A DNA stretch of 38,857 nt from a virus (lineage: Duplodnaviria > Caudoviricetes): IMG/VR virus record IMGVR_UViG_3300004151_000005, positions 1 to 38,857 of that record; one strand, given 5' to 3'. Both the position numbers and the translations under genes were made by a program. Below are positions 8,571 through 17,252 of the stretch, in pieces (position 1 is the first letter of the stretch; the number at the start of each line of letters is the position of its first letter). The notes below the pieces were generated by a model. The model searched no databases and had not been told where the DNA came from. It was given only the letters and a program-made list of their open reading frames with translations.

Positions 8571-11500
8571 ATGATTTTAAAACCTCTAACTAATCAAGGA
8601 ACAGGTAAAAAAACAATAAAGAAAAGTACAACTTCATACTATACTAGTGGAGGTTTACTTAAACCTTTAACTGGTAAAAATGCTGTACAACTTCCAAAAG
8701 TAACTCAACCTAAAATTGAAACTAATATTGTACAACCAAAACAAACTCCAATACAAAAAGTTCAGACTGCTATTTCTAATGTACCTAGTGCTATTTCAGA
8801 AGCAAAGACTAAAATAGGTAGTTTTTTAAAGAATCTTCAAACTAAAACTCCGGGCTATAAAGCAGTTCAAGAAAAACTTAATCAATCTACTCCAATACAA
8901 ACTCCAACTATTACTAAACCTGAAAAAGTAGAAATATCTAAAGTAAATAAAGTAATTTCACCAATTACAAAAAATCCTTTAATTAGTCAAACTGCTACTT
9001 TAACACCAGAAGCTAAATTTAGATTTTCACCTGAAGGTACTAAAATAGTTAGACAACAGAATAAAGAAGAAATACAAAAAGCAACTAGAACAGAGTTAAA
9101 AAAAGGATATAAAGAACCAGGAGCATTTGGTCAAGCTGTAGAAAGTGTAAAACAAGCTACTATTGGTTTAATTGGTTCATTAGGTGCATCATCAGAAATG
9201 ATTGGACAATTAACAGGAAATATTCTATTAACATCTGCTGGTCAAAAAATAAATACAAAAGCTAATAAAATAATTGCTAGTAATCCAGAATGGGAAGCTC
9301 CTAAAGACCAAAAATGGGGTAAAGAAAAAATTGCTAGATTAGTTGCTGGTTCTGTTCCATCTGTATTAGGTGGTATTGCTGCTGGTATTGTTGGTGGGCC
9401 AGTTGGATTATATGCTTATGGTTTCGGATCTGAAGCTGGTACTACATATCAAGAAGCTATTGATGCAGGAACATCAGAAGGTAAATCACAAATATATAGT
9501 ATTGTTGTTGGAAGTATTAATGGTGCATTAGAAACTATTTTTCCAGATGAATTTTTATCTGCTGGTAAAAAAATAGTTAAAGATAAAATTAAAAAAACAC
9601 TTGTAAAACAAATAGTAGATAAAGCTAAAGATTTTGGAATTAAATTTGCTAAAAATGGATTTAAAGAAGGTACTCCAGAAGCCCTACAACAGTTAGTTTC
9701 TAATACAGTTGCTACTAACTACGATAAAAATAGAAAACTTTGGGATGGAGTTTTAGAATCTTTTATTGGTGGTGCATTAACTGGTGGTTTAATTGGACAA
9801 TTTGAAGGGAAAGTTAGTTATCCTAACCAAAATGAATTTACTCCAGATGATGTCCAAGATAGTTTAATTAACTCTACTTTATTAGATACAGAAGAAAGTA
9901 CTAAAGTTCAAGATATAGTTAAAAAAGCTAAAGATAGTAATACTCAAATAATAGTTAGTACAGATGGTAAAGGTGATGTAATAATAACTACTCCAGAAGG
10001 TGATAAAGTAGGATTAAGTATTAAAGAAGTTAGTAAATCTAACCAACTAACTGCTCCAGTAAGTTTATTAGTTTCACATGAAGGTGCTCCAGATAAAGTA
10101 ACAGTTGCAGAATATAAAACTAAGATACAAAATGGTGAAACTATAGAACCTATTAAAGTTATTAGAGAAGGTACTAAATATGGTATTGAAGATGGTAAAC
10201 ACCGTTTTCAAGCATACCAAGAATTAGGTATTAAAGATGTTCCTATAGAAATAGTAGAAGCAAGAAAATTAGTTAAGAAAACTAAAGAAGAACCAATAAC
10301 TTTGTATCATGGTACTAATAAAATATTTGATAAATTTGATGTTACTAAATCAGGTGATGTTCAGGTAAGTGATTGGGGTGATGGTGTTTATTTTACAGAT
10401 AAAAAAGAAGTTGCTAAAGGTTTTGCTAAAGTTGCTGGTGGTGAAATAGTAATGGAAAGATATACTCCAGATGTTAAATATGCAGATGCTAGTAAATTAG
10501 TTAAAGATAGTGATTTTATGAATGCTTTAGATGATGAAATGGGTTTTACTACACCAGCAGAATATTTACAAGAAAAAGGTTTTGGTGGTATTAAAATACA
10601 CCACAAAGAAGATGGTGGTTGGAATGAATATGTTGTTTTTGATCCAAAAGATATTAAAAATAAAGAAGAATTACATCAATCTCAAATATCACCAGAGAGT
10701 AAAGGGAAACCATTAACTATTAAAGAAGCTGAACTTATTAAAGAAGAAGCAATTGGTAAAGCAGAAGTGGCTACTGAACAAAGAGCAACTGTAAATGAAA
10801 ATAATATTGCTTTGGCTAAAAGATTAGTAAATAGTAAGGCTTATCAAGAAAATGATATTGAATTTGTTAGAAAAAGATTAAGCATTGAACAAAACCAAAG
10901 AATAGACGATATTGTAGAAAATTCTAGAAATATTAATGGTCAAGAAATGACTGAAACTGAAGCAATTGAATATATGGCAGGACTTCCTACAAAAGCAGAA
11001 ACTAAAGTAAAATTACCAGAGAAATATAAAACATTTGTCAAAAAGAGAAAGAAAACACAACTAAGCCAAGATAATAAAATTTTAAAGAGTCGTGTTTTTG
11101 AAAGAATGAAAGAAGAATTTGGTTTAGATGGTGATGCTGAAATTAGTGCTGTTAATTTAGAAAAAGATGCTGATAGAGCTGTTAGATTAATAGAAAAAAA
11201 TAAACAAAAAGCTTTTAATATCGCTATGGGATTTGAAACTTCAGATAAAATATTGTCTAGTTCTGTAAATATAGCTTTTTTTGAAAAAGCTATGAGAGAT
11301 GGAAATATAGAGTTAGCTAATAGATTAATTAAAAATAGAAGTTTAGCTCAAACTAGAAGAGGTCAAGAAATAGTAGCTGAAAAAGGTAGTATTAGTGATA
11401 ATAGTACTTCAAAGTATGTCAAAGAATTAATTTCGGCTAGATTAGATAAACTTGGAAAGAATTATTTAAGTGAAATAAAAGAGTCATCAAATAAAGAAAA

Positions 11501-11612
11501 GGCTGTTAAATTAATAGACAGTAAGGTTACTACTCTTGAAAATAAAATTAAAAATAAAAAACTAAGTGTTAAAGATGCTTTATTATTATTAGATAAATTA
11601 AAATGTATATAA
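8571..11612 (+). CDS. large polyvalent internal virion protein with ParB/Srx-like and ADP-ribosyltransferase domains
   Basis: Strong SD (TAAGGAGG); Gly/Ala hydrophobic helices; PIKV..IEDGKHRFQA..LG..VP (about 10047-10260); YHGT..GDGVYFT..EYVVFDP (about 10296-10658). Confidence 0.75.
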   Translation: MILKPLTNQGTGKKTIKKSTTSYYTSGGLLKPLTGKNAVQLPKVTQPKIETNIVQPKQTPIQKVQTAISNVPSAISEAKTKIGSFLKNLQTKTPGYKAVQEKLNQSTPIQTPTITKPEKVEISKVNKVISPITKNPLISQTATLTPEAKFRFSPEGTKIVRQQNKEEIQKATRTELKKGYKEPGAFGQAVESVKQATIGLIGSLGASSEMIGQLTGNILLTSAGQKINTKANKIIASNPEWEAPKDQKWGKEKIARLVAGSVPSVLGGIAAGIVGGPVGLYAYGFGSEAGTTYQEAIDAGTSEGKSQIYSIVVGSINGALETIFPDEFLSAGKKIVKDKIKKTLVKQIVDKAKDFGIKFAKNGFKEGTPEALQQLVSNTVATNYDKNRKLWDGVLESFIGGALTGGLIGQFEGKVSYPNQNEFTPDDVQDSLINSTLLDTEESTKVQDIVKKAKDSNTQIIVSTDGKGDVIITTPEGDKVGLSIKEVSKSNQLTAPVSLLVSHEGAPDKVTVAEYKTKIQNGETIEPIKVIREGTKYGIEDGKHRFQAYQELGIKDVPIEIVEARKLVKKTKEEPITLYHGTNKIFDKFDVTKSGDVQVSDWGDGVYFTDKKEVAKGFAKVAGGEIVMERYTPDVKYADASKLVKDSDFMNALDDEMGFTTPAEYLQEKGFGGIKIHHKEDGGWNEYVVFDPKDIKNKEELHQSQISPESKGKPLTIKEAELIKEEAIGKAEVATEQRATVNENNIALAKRLVNSKAYQENDIEFVRKRLSIEQNQRIDDIVENSRNINGQEMTETEAIEYMAGLPTKAETKVKLPEKYKTFVKKRKKTQLSQDNKILKSRVFERMKEEFGLDGDAEISAVNLEKDADRAVRLIEKNKQKAFNIAMGFETSDKILSSSVNIAFFEKAMRDGNIELANRLIKNRSLAQTRRGQEIVAEKGSISDNSTSKYVKELISARLDKLGKNYLSEIKESSNKEKAVKLIDSKVTTLENKIKNKKLSVKDALLLLDKLKCI

Positions 11613-11616
11613 AATT

Positions 11617-13647
11617 ATGAAAGCATGTATCCTCCCAGAAATGGTTGAAAAATTAAAGAAACAATTAGCAAATGGAGAAATCAACTCTAATTCAATAGCT
11701 GAAATGCTTCCAGACGAACAGAAAGCATTAAAAGCTATATTAGAAGAAGTAGTTACAGAGAAACTTGGAGTAAATGTATCTAAATCAGAAATTACTACTA
11801 TATCAGAAAAAGCTAAAAATATAGATGAAGCCCAAAAGAAATTAGGAGATAATCTTGGAGTTCCAAGTAAATTAAAGGAAAATTTAGAATTTTTTAAAGC
11901 TAAAAAGAAAATGGAAGATTATCTTCAAGGTTTAGTACCAGCTAATAGACTAAAAGTAACCACTGGTACTATTGGGAGAGGTATGATGTTATTTTCCATT
12001 AAATCACCTACTCTTAATATTGGATCTAATATAGAGATTGGATTTTCTGAAGCATTATCAAGAAGATTAGCTGGATTTAAATTTATTGGAACTGATAATA
12101 AACTAGCTAGAGATTACATTAGAATGGTAAATAAAATTTATCAACAGACTGGCTATGATGTTTCCAGAATGACAAGTATTGCTGATACTGGAAGTGGCGG
12201 TGAGAGAGTTTTAGGTAAAACAGTTCATTCACAAGGTAAAGGTGCTGTTAGAAAAGTTGGTAGATTTATTGAAGATGTAGTCTTTAAGCAATTAATGGGT
12301 GCACCTGATGTGGCTTTTTCTTCTGCTCATTTTGCTGATAGTGTTAATCTAAATTCTTTGAGAATGGCTAATGGAGATAAAGTTAAAGCTAAGGAATGGA
12401 TGGAAGATGCTATGAGAATAGAACCTCAAACTGCTGAAGGAATTATATTAAGAGAACAAGGTGTCTTAGATGCTCAAAAAGCTACTTGGACTGATGATAG
12501 CTGGGCTTCTAAAGTTTCAGAGGGTATAAGAAAACTATTAAATACTACTACTGGTGATTTAAGAGCCGGTGATTACTTACTACCATTTGTAAAAACTCCA
12601 GCTAATGTAATTGCAACTGGTATGGACTATGCTGGTTTAGGAATACCTAAATCAATATTCAAAATAGTTAAAGCTGTTAAGACTGGTGAATTAGGTAGTA
12701 AAAAAGTGACTCAAAGTATTGCTAGAGATTTAATTAGAAGTGGTTTAGGAATTACTGCTGGTGTTATCCTTGCTGGATTGTTTGATGATGATGATTTTGT
12801 TGGTGCTTACGATCCTGCTAGAGCTCAAATTGAAAGTTTAAGAAATTCAAATTACAATGCTATAAGAATAGGTGATAAATGGATTTCTATGGATTGGTTT
12901 GGCCCACTTAGTACAACAATATCCGCTATAATGTATGCCAGAAAATATGGAAAGACTGGTGGAGAAAAGACATTTCAATATACTAAAGGAGTTTTATCAT
13001 CTGCTTTAAATATTCCAGGTGTATCTGATGTATATGATACTGTTAAAACTAATATGTATAAGAAAAATCAGTCTTTAGAAGAAATGACTGGTGAAGCTCA
13101 AAACTATATTAGTTCTGAAATATATAGTAGATTAATACCAAGTTTCTTTTCTGATGTATCTAAAGTTATTGATCCAACTGTTAGAGAAACTCAAAAAGGA
13201 TTTAGTGGTATAAAATCAAAGATTCCAGGACTTAGTTATTCTTTACCTTCAAAGGTAAACATCTTTGGTGAAGAAATAAAACAAGAACCGGGATGGTCTG
13301 TAATATTGTTTGGAGCAAGAGTAAAAACTAATAAAGAAACTGAATTAGTTAAAGAAATTAAAAGTGTTGCTGATAACTTAAATAAAAGTGTTACTTTCAC
13401 TGATTGGGATAAAAGTTCTAGTAAACAACTATCTCAATTTAAAGAAAAAATTGGAGAAGAAAAATATAAAGACGCTAAGATTAAATATGGTTCTGAATTA
13501 AAGAGTTTATTAACTAAAGAATTATCTAAGACTAAATATAAAAAAATGACAGATGAAGATAAACTAAAAGTAATTAACAATATTGATACGGAAGCTATGG
13601 ATAAAATATTTAAACAATATCGCTTCAAATATAAACAACAAAAATAA
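11617..13647 (+). CDS. large internal virion / ejection protein (LPD38-like C-terminal region)
   Basis: PFVKTPAN, IRIGDKWIS..FGPL and NIFGE motifs seen in polyvalent/internal virion proteins; hydrophobic helix. Confidence 0.6.
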   Translation: MKACILPEMVEKLKKQLANGEINSNSIAEMLPDEQKALKAILEEVVTEKLGVNVSKSEITTISEKAKNIDEAQKKLGDNLGVPSKLKENLEFFKAKKKMEDYLQGLVPANRLKVTTGTIGRGMMLFSIKSPTLNIGSNIEIGFSEALSRRLAGFKFIGTDNKLARDYIRMVNKIYQQTGYDVSRMTSIADTGSGGERVLGKTVHSQGKGAVRKVGRFIEDVVFKQLMGAPDVAFSSAHFADSVNLNSLRMANGDKVKAKEWMEDAMRIEPQTAEGIILREQGVLDAQKATWTDDSWASKVSEGIRKLLNTTTGDLRAGDYLLPFVKTPANVIATGMDYAGLGIPKSIFKIVKAVKTGELGSKKVTQSIARDLIRSGLGITAGVILAGLFDDDDFVGAYDPARAQIESLRNSNYNAIRIGDKWISMDWFGPLSTTISAIMYARKYGKTGGEKTFQYTKGVLSSALNIPGVSDVYDTVKTNMYKKNQSLEEMTGEAQNYISSEIYSRLIPSFFSDVSKVIDPTVRETQKGFSGIKSKIPGLSYSLPSKVNIFGEEIKQEPGWSVILFGARVKTNKETELVKEIKSVADNLNKSVTFTDWDKSSSKQLSQFKEKIGEEKYKDAKIKYGSELKSLLTKELSKTKYKKMTDEDKLKVINNIDTEAMDKIFKQYRFKYKQQK

Positions 13648-13648
13648 T

Positions 13649-13661
13649 TATGTTATATTCC
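13649..13661 (+). promoter_or_regulatory. putative late promoter motif (TATGTTATATTCC), copy 3
   Basis: Immediately after the stop at 13647; precedes the lysis module. Confidence 0.65.
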
Positions 13662-13673
13662 AAGTATTAAACT

Positions 13674-13793
13674 ATGGCAAAGAAAACTAAATACAAACAA
13701 TATACAAAAGCTCCTAAGAAGATGACTGTAAAGAAGTTCTCTATTAAGTTTGCTAAACCAAAGACTATTAAAAAGATAACTTTAAAGAAATAA
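13674..13793 (+). CDS. 39-aa lysine-rich basic peptide
   Basis: MAKKTKYKQYTKAPKKMTVKKFSIKFAKPKTIKKITLKK; fills the gap between the promoter motif and the next ATG. Confidence 0.65.
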   Translation: MAKKTKYKQYTKAPKKMTVKKFSIKFAKPKTIKKITLKK

Positions 13794-13794
13794 A

Positions 13795-14049
13795 ATGGAA
13801 ACAGATAATAAATTACTCATTAGAATAGACGAAAGACAAAAAGCTATGGATAAAACCTTAGTTAAAATTGAAGAAACTTTGTCTAAGATAGGAGAAATTT
13901 ATGCTACTAAAGTTGAATTATGTGATGCTAGAAAAGATAGTAAGGATGAGATTAGTTTAGTCAAAAATATAGTATTTACTGCTTGTGCTGTTATTTTACT
14001 AGGTGTTTTATATACTTGGTTAAGTAAAATAGGAGTTAATGCACAATGA
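13795..14049 (+). CDS. coiled-coil plus C-terminal TM protein (XhlA/holin-like)
   Basis: LIRIDERQK coiled coil, one C-terminal TM helix, lysis context. Confidence 0.55.
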   Translation: METDNKLLIRIDERQKAMDKTLVKIEETLSKIGEIYATKVELCDARKDSKDEISLVKNIVFTACAVILLGVLYTWLSKIGVNAQ

Positions 14050-14198
14050 CAAAAAATATTGGTTTAAAAATAACATTTATATTAATATTAACAATGCTTT
14101 TTTTAGAAGTATTTATTATTACTCTAATGTTAACAGGACGTTATACGAGTCCATTATGTATACAACCAATTACAATATTAGGTATTGGTAGAAGTTAA
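14046..14198 (+). CDS. 50-aa membrane protein (lysis accessory?)
   Basis: MTKNIGLKITFILILTMLFLEVFIITLMLTGRY...; ATGA overlap and upstream GGAG. Confidence 0.55.
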   Translation: MTKNIGLKITFILILTMLFLEVFIITLMLTGRYTSPLCIQPITILGIGRS

Positions 14199-14202
14199 AA
14201 TT

Positions 14203-14277
14203 ATGATTACACTAGACCAATTTATAAAAAAGAATTTAGGAAGATATGTAGATTATGATAAACACTACGGATTTCAA
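14203..14277 (+). pseudogene. 5' remnant of a CHAP-domain endolysin
   Basis: MITLDQFIKKNLGRYVDYDKHYGFQ fits the CHAP N-terminus (..D.D..YG.QC.D) but stops before the Cys, where the HNH stop codon begins. Confidence 0.7.
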
Positions 14278-14745
14278 TTAAACATCAAAAAACTTTATTT
14301 CAGCTTCTTTTCTTGCATTAATAGCATCTTTAATAGTTTTAAATCTTCCAAGAAAAATAGTCTTAAAATTAACTTTAATATAAGCAATCCATCTGTTTCT
14401 CACATTATCCCATCTAACTCCAGTAATTCCACTTTTATTATTGGTTCTAACTCTACCATTTCTAAGATTAGCAGCATTACTACATACTCTAAGATTTGTT
14501 TTTCTATTATCAAGAGTATTATTATTAATATGATCAACATAAAATCCAATAGGTTCTTTCATAATCCATCTATGGAGTTCAATAAGTTTTCCACCAGTAA
14601 ATCTTTTTTGAAAATAAAAATTACCTCTTTTTTTCACAATACACCACTTAAGATTTTTAAGTTCCTTAAGTCGTATATAATCACTATTATCAATGATTGT
14701 AGAAACTTCTCCAAATACTTTACTTTTAAAAGTTATAGTTTTCAT
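14278..14745 (-). CDS. HNH homing endonuclease with C-terminal AP2 DNA-binding domain
   Basis: LHRWIM..VDHINNNTLDNRKTNLR..N and SGITGV.W....W.A.I......LGRF....A..AR..AE. Confidence 0.92.
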   Translation of the reverse strand: MKTITFKSKVFGEVSTIIDNSDYIRLKELKNLKWCIVKKRGNFYFQKRFTGGKLIELHRWIMKEPIGFYVDHINNNTLDNRKTNLRVCSNAANLRNGRVRTNNKSGITGVRWDNVRNRWIAYIKVNFKTIFLGRFKTIKDAINARKEAEIKFFDV

Positions 14746-14753
14746 TATTAATT

Positions 14754-14782
14754 AGTCTATCAATTGATAGCCATAAAGTCAA
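14754..14782 (-). promoter_or_regulatory. sigma70-type promoter of the HNH-AP2 gene with palindromic spacer
   Basis: Minus strand TTGACT-N17-TAGACT, 8 nt before the ATG; perfect palindrome CTATCAATTGATAG at 14757-14770. Confidence 0.7.
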
Positions 14783-14786
14783 TATT

Positions 14787-15239
14787 ATGATAAAAACAAA
14801 AATATATAGTCAAAGAGATATTCGTTGGAGTTGGAAAAAAGTAGGTTTTGGAAAAGGTAGATTTGGCACAATAGGATGCACTGTAACCGCCTTAACTGGA
14901 CTTTTATTTGTTACTGGATATAATTTAACTCCTGATAAGGTTGCTGAAAAATTAATAGCAGTAAATGGATTTATAGGAGATTTATTATATTGGTCTAAAG
15001 TAGAAAAAGCATTTCCTAGAGTAAAATTTTTATATAGATATTACAAATATAATAATGAAGAAGTTAAAAAATTAATTTCTTCTGGAACTCCAGTTTTAGT
15101 TGAAGTTTTATTATATGGTTCAAGACATTGGGTTTTATTCTTAGGAGATAAAATGATGAGTGATCCTTGGACTGGAAAAGTATTACCAACTTCAAAATAC
15201 CAACCTATTGGTTATTCTATCTTTACGATAAATAAGTAG
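14787..15239 (+). CDS. C39-like cysteine peptidase, probable endolysin
   Basis: YSQRD.RW...TIGCTVTAL...HWVL...DP (Q/C/H/D pattern); lysis context. Confidence 0.8.
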   Translation: MIKTKIYSQRDIRWSWKKVGFGKGRFGTIGCTVTALTGLLFVTGYNLTPDKVAEKLIAVNGFIGDLLYWSKVEKAFPRVKFLYRYYKYNNEEVKKLISSGTPVLVEVLLYGSRHWVLFLGDKMMSDPWTGKVLPTSKYQPIGYSIFTINK

Positions 15240-15251
15240 GTATGTATTCTA

Positions 15252-15278
15252 TTAGCAATCTAACTCTCTGATTGCTAA
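15252..15278. other. 9-bp inverted repeat hairpin after the endolysin
   Basis: TTAGCAATC-N9-GATTGCTAA; no U-tract. Confidence 0.45.
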
Positions 15279-15374
15279 CGTATATAATATAAGAGAGAAT
15301 TTATGAAACAACCTATAAAACTATATAACTTAAATAAAAGAACCTGTTATAAATTATTAATTAAACAAAATAAT

Positions 15375-15575
15375 ATGTCAGAAAAATTCAAATTCAATAA
15401 AGAAGATTTCTTAAAGATTTTAAAAGGTGCTGGTATTGCTTTAGCTGGTGCTTTATTAACATTCTTAGCTGATGTATTAACTAAGATTGATTTTGGTCAA
15501 TACACATTAGTGGTTGCTCCAATTTTATCTATCTTAATTAATGCTGGACTTAAATTTATTGCTGGTAGAAAATAA
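15375..15575 (+). CDS. holin-like two-TM protein
   Basis: MSEKFKFNKED..KILKGAGIALAGALLTFL..LVVAPILSILINAGLKF; start 15375 preferred to 15303. Confidence 0.65.
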   Translation: MSEKFKFNKEDFLKILKGAGIALAGALLTFLADVLTKIDFGQYTLVVAPILSILINAGLKFIAGRK

Positions 15576-15765
15576 TAAAAAGCCCCTTTCGTATAACGGT
15601 TTATTACAGTAGTTTTGTAAACTTCAAATATTTGTTCAACTCAAATAAGGGGCTCAATTTGATATAGAAGATATATATTTATTTTCCATAACTTAGACGT
15701 AAAATACACCTATGAACGTTATAATTCATTTTATAAGTTTAGATAATCCTTAACAGGAACTAACT

Positions 15766-15791
15766 AGCCACCAAAGTCGGTGGCTTTTTTT
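15766..15791 (+). terminator. rho-independent terminator
   Basis: AGCCACC-AAAGTC-GGTGGCT followed by a T run. Confidence 0.8.
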
Positions 15792-15795
15792 ATAT

Positions 15796-16548
15796 ATGCC
15801 CAATATAAAAAATGATATTAAGACAGGAATTTGTGTATATGATACTCATTTTCCCTACCAAGATAAGAAGTTATGGGAGAATATATTAAAAGTTTGTGAT
15901 AAGTGTAAACCAGATTACTTTATTTTCGGTGGAGATAATATGGATATGGACGCAGTTAATCACTGGGAAATAGATAAAGGTAATAAGAGAGGAATGGAAG
16001 GGAAACGTCTTAGAAAGTCTTATGACGGTTTCCAAAAAGATATCCTAGATGAGATTGAAAAAGTCCTACCAGGCTATTGTAGGAAGATATTTATGTATGG
16101 CAACCACGAGGAATGGATTGAAAAGTACATAGATAAATGTCCAGAATTAGAGGGTTTTGCCGAAATAGAACGTAATTTAAAACTAAAAGAATGGGAAATA
16201 ATAACTTATAGACAAACTGTTAAAATAGGTAAGATTTATTTTCATCATGGTGAATATACCACGACTCATCATGCTAAGAAAATGGTTGATACTTTTGAAA
16301 GGAATGTAATCTATGGTCATTTACATAGTTATCAATCTTATACCAAAGTAACTCCTATTGATGGCGATGCTCATAGTGCTATATCTATGCCCTGTGCTTG
16401 TGATTTAAACCCCTTATATATGAAAGGTAAGCCAAGTGCTTGGGTAAACGGTTTTGGAGCATTCTATATTCATCCAGATAATAATTTTAATGTTTATCCA
16501 GTTATTAGTTCTAAAGGACACTTTGTTTTTCAAGGTGAATATTACTAA
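15796..16548 (+). CDS. calcineurin-like metallophosphoesterase
   Basis: DTH, GGDNMD, GNHE, HHG and GHLH motifs. Confidence 0.88.
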   Translation: MPNIKNDIKTGICVYDTHFPYQDKKLWENILKVCDKCKPDYFIFGGDNMDMDAVNHWEIDKGNKRGMEGKRLRKSYDGFQKDILDEIEKVLPGYCRKIFMYGNHEEWIEKYIDKCPELEGFAEIERNLKLKEWEIITYRQTVKIGKIYFHHGEYTTTHHAKKMVDTFERNVIYGHLHSYQSYTKVTPIDGDAHSAISMPCACDLNPLYMKGKPSAWVNGFGAFYIHPDNNFNVYPVISSKGHFVFQGEYY

Positions 16549-16673
16549 TGAATTTAGAAGATTTAGACAAACAATTTAATGAGGATAATATGTTTCCATT
16601 TTATGTCTTATTAATGGCAATATTCTTATTTACTTTAGGTTTTGTTATTAAAAATTTAATAAAAGGTTTATAA
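16548..16673 (+). CDS. 41-aa single-TM protein
   Basis: TAATG overlap; MNLEDLDKQFNEDNMFPFYVLLMAIFLFTLGFVIKNLIKGL. Confidence 0.5.
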   Translation: MNLEDLDKQFNEDNMFPFYVLLMAIFLFTLGFVIKNLIKGL

Positions 16674-16680
16674 TACAAGT

Positions 16681-16908
16681 ATGGAAAAAGAAAACGTAAA
16701 CTTTGAAGAATGTAATGTTTGCCGTCCTGATTTCTATTGTACTAATACTGCTGACGGTAGACGATATAACTTCCTACGTTCTGATAAAGAAATAGCTAGT
16801 TTAGAACCTATTGCTCAATGTCCTTTATTAAGAGATAAAGTAAAGTTTGTAGATAAAGGCTTTATGTTTAAAAATGAGGATACAGGAGAAGAATATGAGT
16901 CATTATGA
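16681..16908 (+). CDS. hypothetical protein (Cys-containing)
   Basis: ORF track; packed operon. Confidence 0.6.
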   Translation: MEKENVNFEECNVCRPDFYCTNTADGRRYNFLRSDKEIASLEPIAQCPLLRDKVKFVDKGFMFKNEDTGEEYESL

Positions 16909-17077
16909 AGAATTAGATTTAGAGAGAATTAATGCCGATATTAAGGTGGCTACAATGTTAGAAGATGTTGGTTTAGATGCTACAGAAGTTAGACAAGAAA
17001 TACACTGTCTATTACACCATATTCCATTAAGAGTTAATTTAGACGATGTCCAAAGAAAAAAGAATAGTAATAACTAA
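16895..17077 (+). CDS. hypothetical protein
   Basis: MSHYEEL start preceded by AGGAG. Confidence 0.55.
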   Translation: MSHYEELDLERINADIKVATMLEDVGLDATEVRQEIHCLLHHIPLRVNLDDVQRKKNSNN

Positions 17078-17252
17078 CAAATGTATTGATAAATTTACCT
17101 ATGGAATAGATACTTTTGGTGAACCTCAATTATTAAAACATTCTTCTGAACTAACTGAAGTAATTAAAACTAGAGGAAAAGGTATTAGTCCACTAGAAGT
17201 AAAAGGTAATAGAGAGAATTTAGATGTTTTATCTTATGGAGAACCATTGTGA
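17046..17252 (+). CDS. hypothetical protein
   Basis: ORF track; packed operon. Confidence 0.55.
   Translation: MSKEKRIVITNKCIDKFTYGIDTFGEPQLLKHSSELTEVIKTRGKGISPLEVKGNRENLDVLSYGEPL

Noticed and set aside
11600-11625. Programmed frameshift fusing the 1013-aa and 676-aa ORFs
   Set aside because: No clear slippery heptamer or stimulatory structure; the second ORF has the genome-typical AATTATG start
14185-14751. 188-aa plus-strand ORF as a genuine protein
   Set aside because: After residue Q (14277) it is just the S/F/I-rich antisense of the HNH-AP2 gene; only the CHAP-like stump is meaningful
14278-14786. Group I intron or intein carrying the HNH
   Set aside because: Endonuclease is antisense, no room for a ribozyme core, no downstream CHAP exon, no intein motifs
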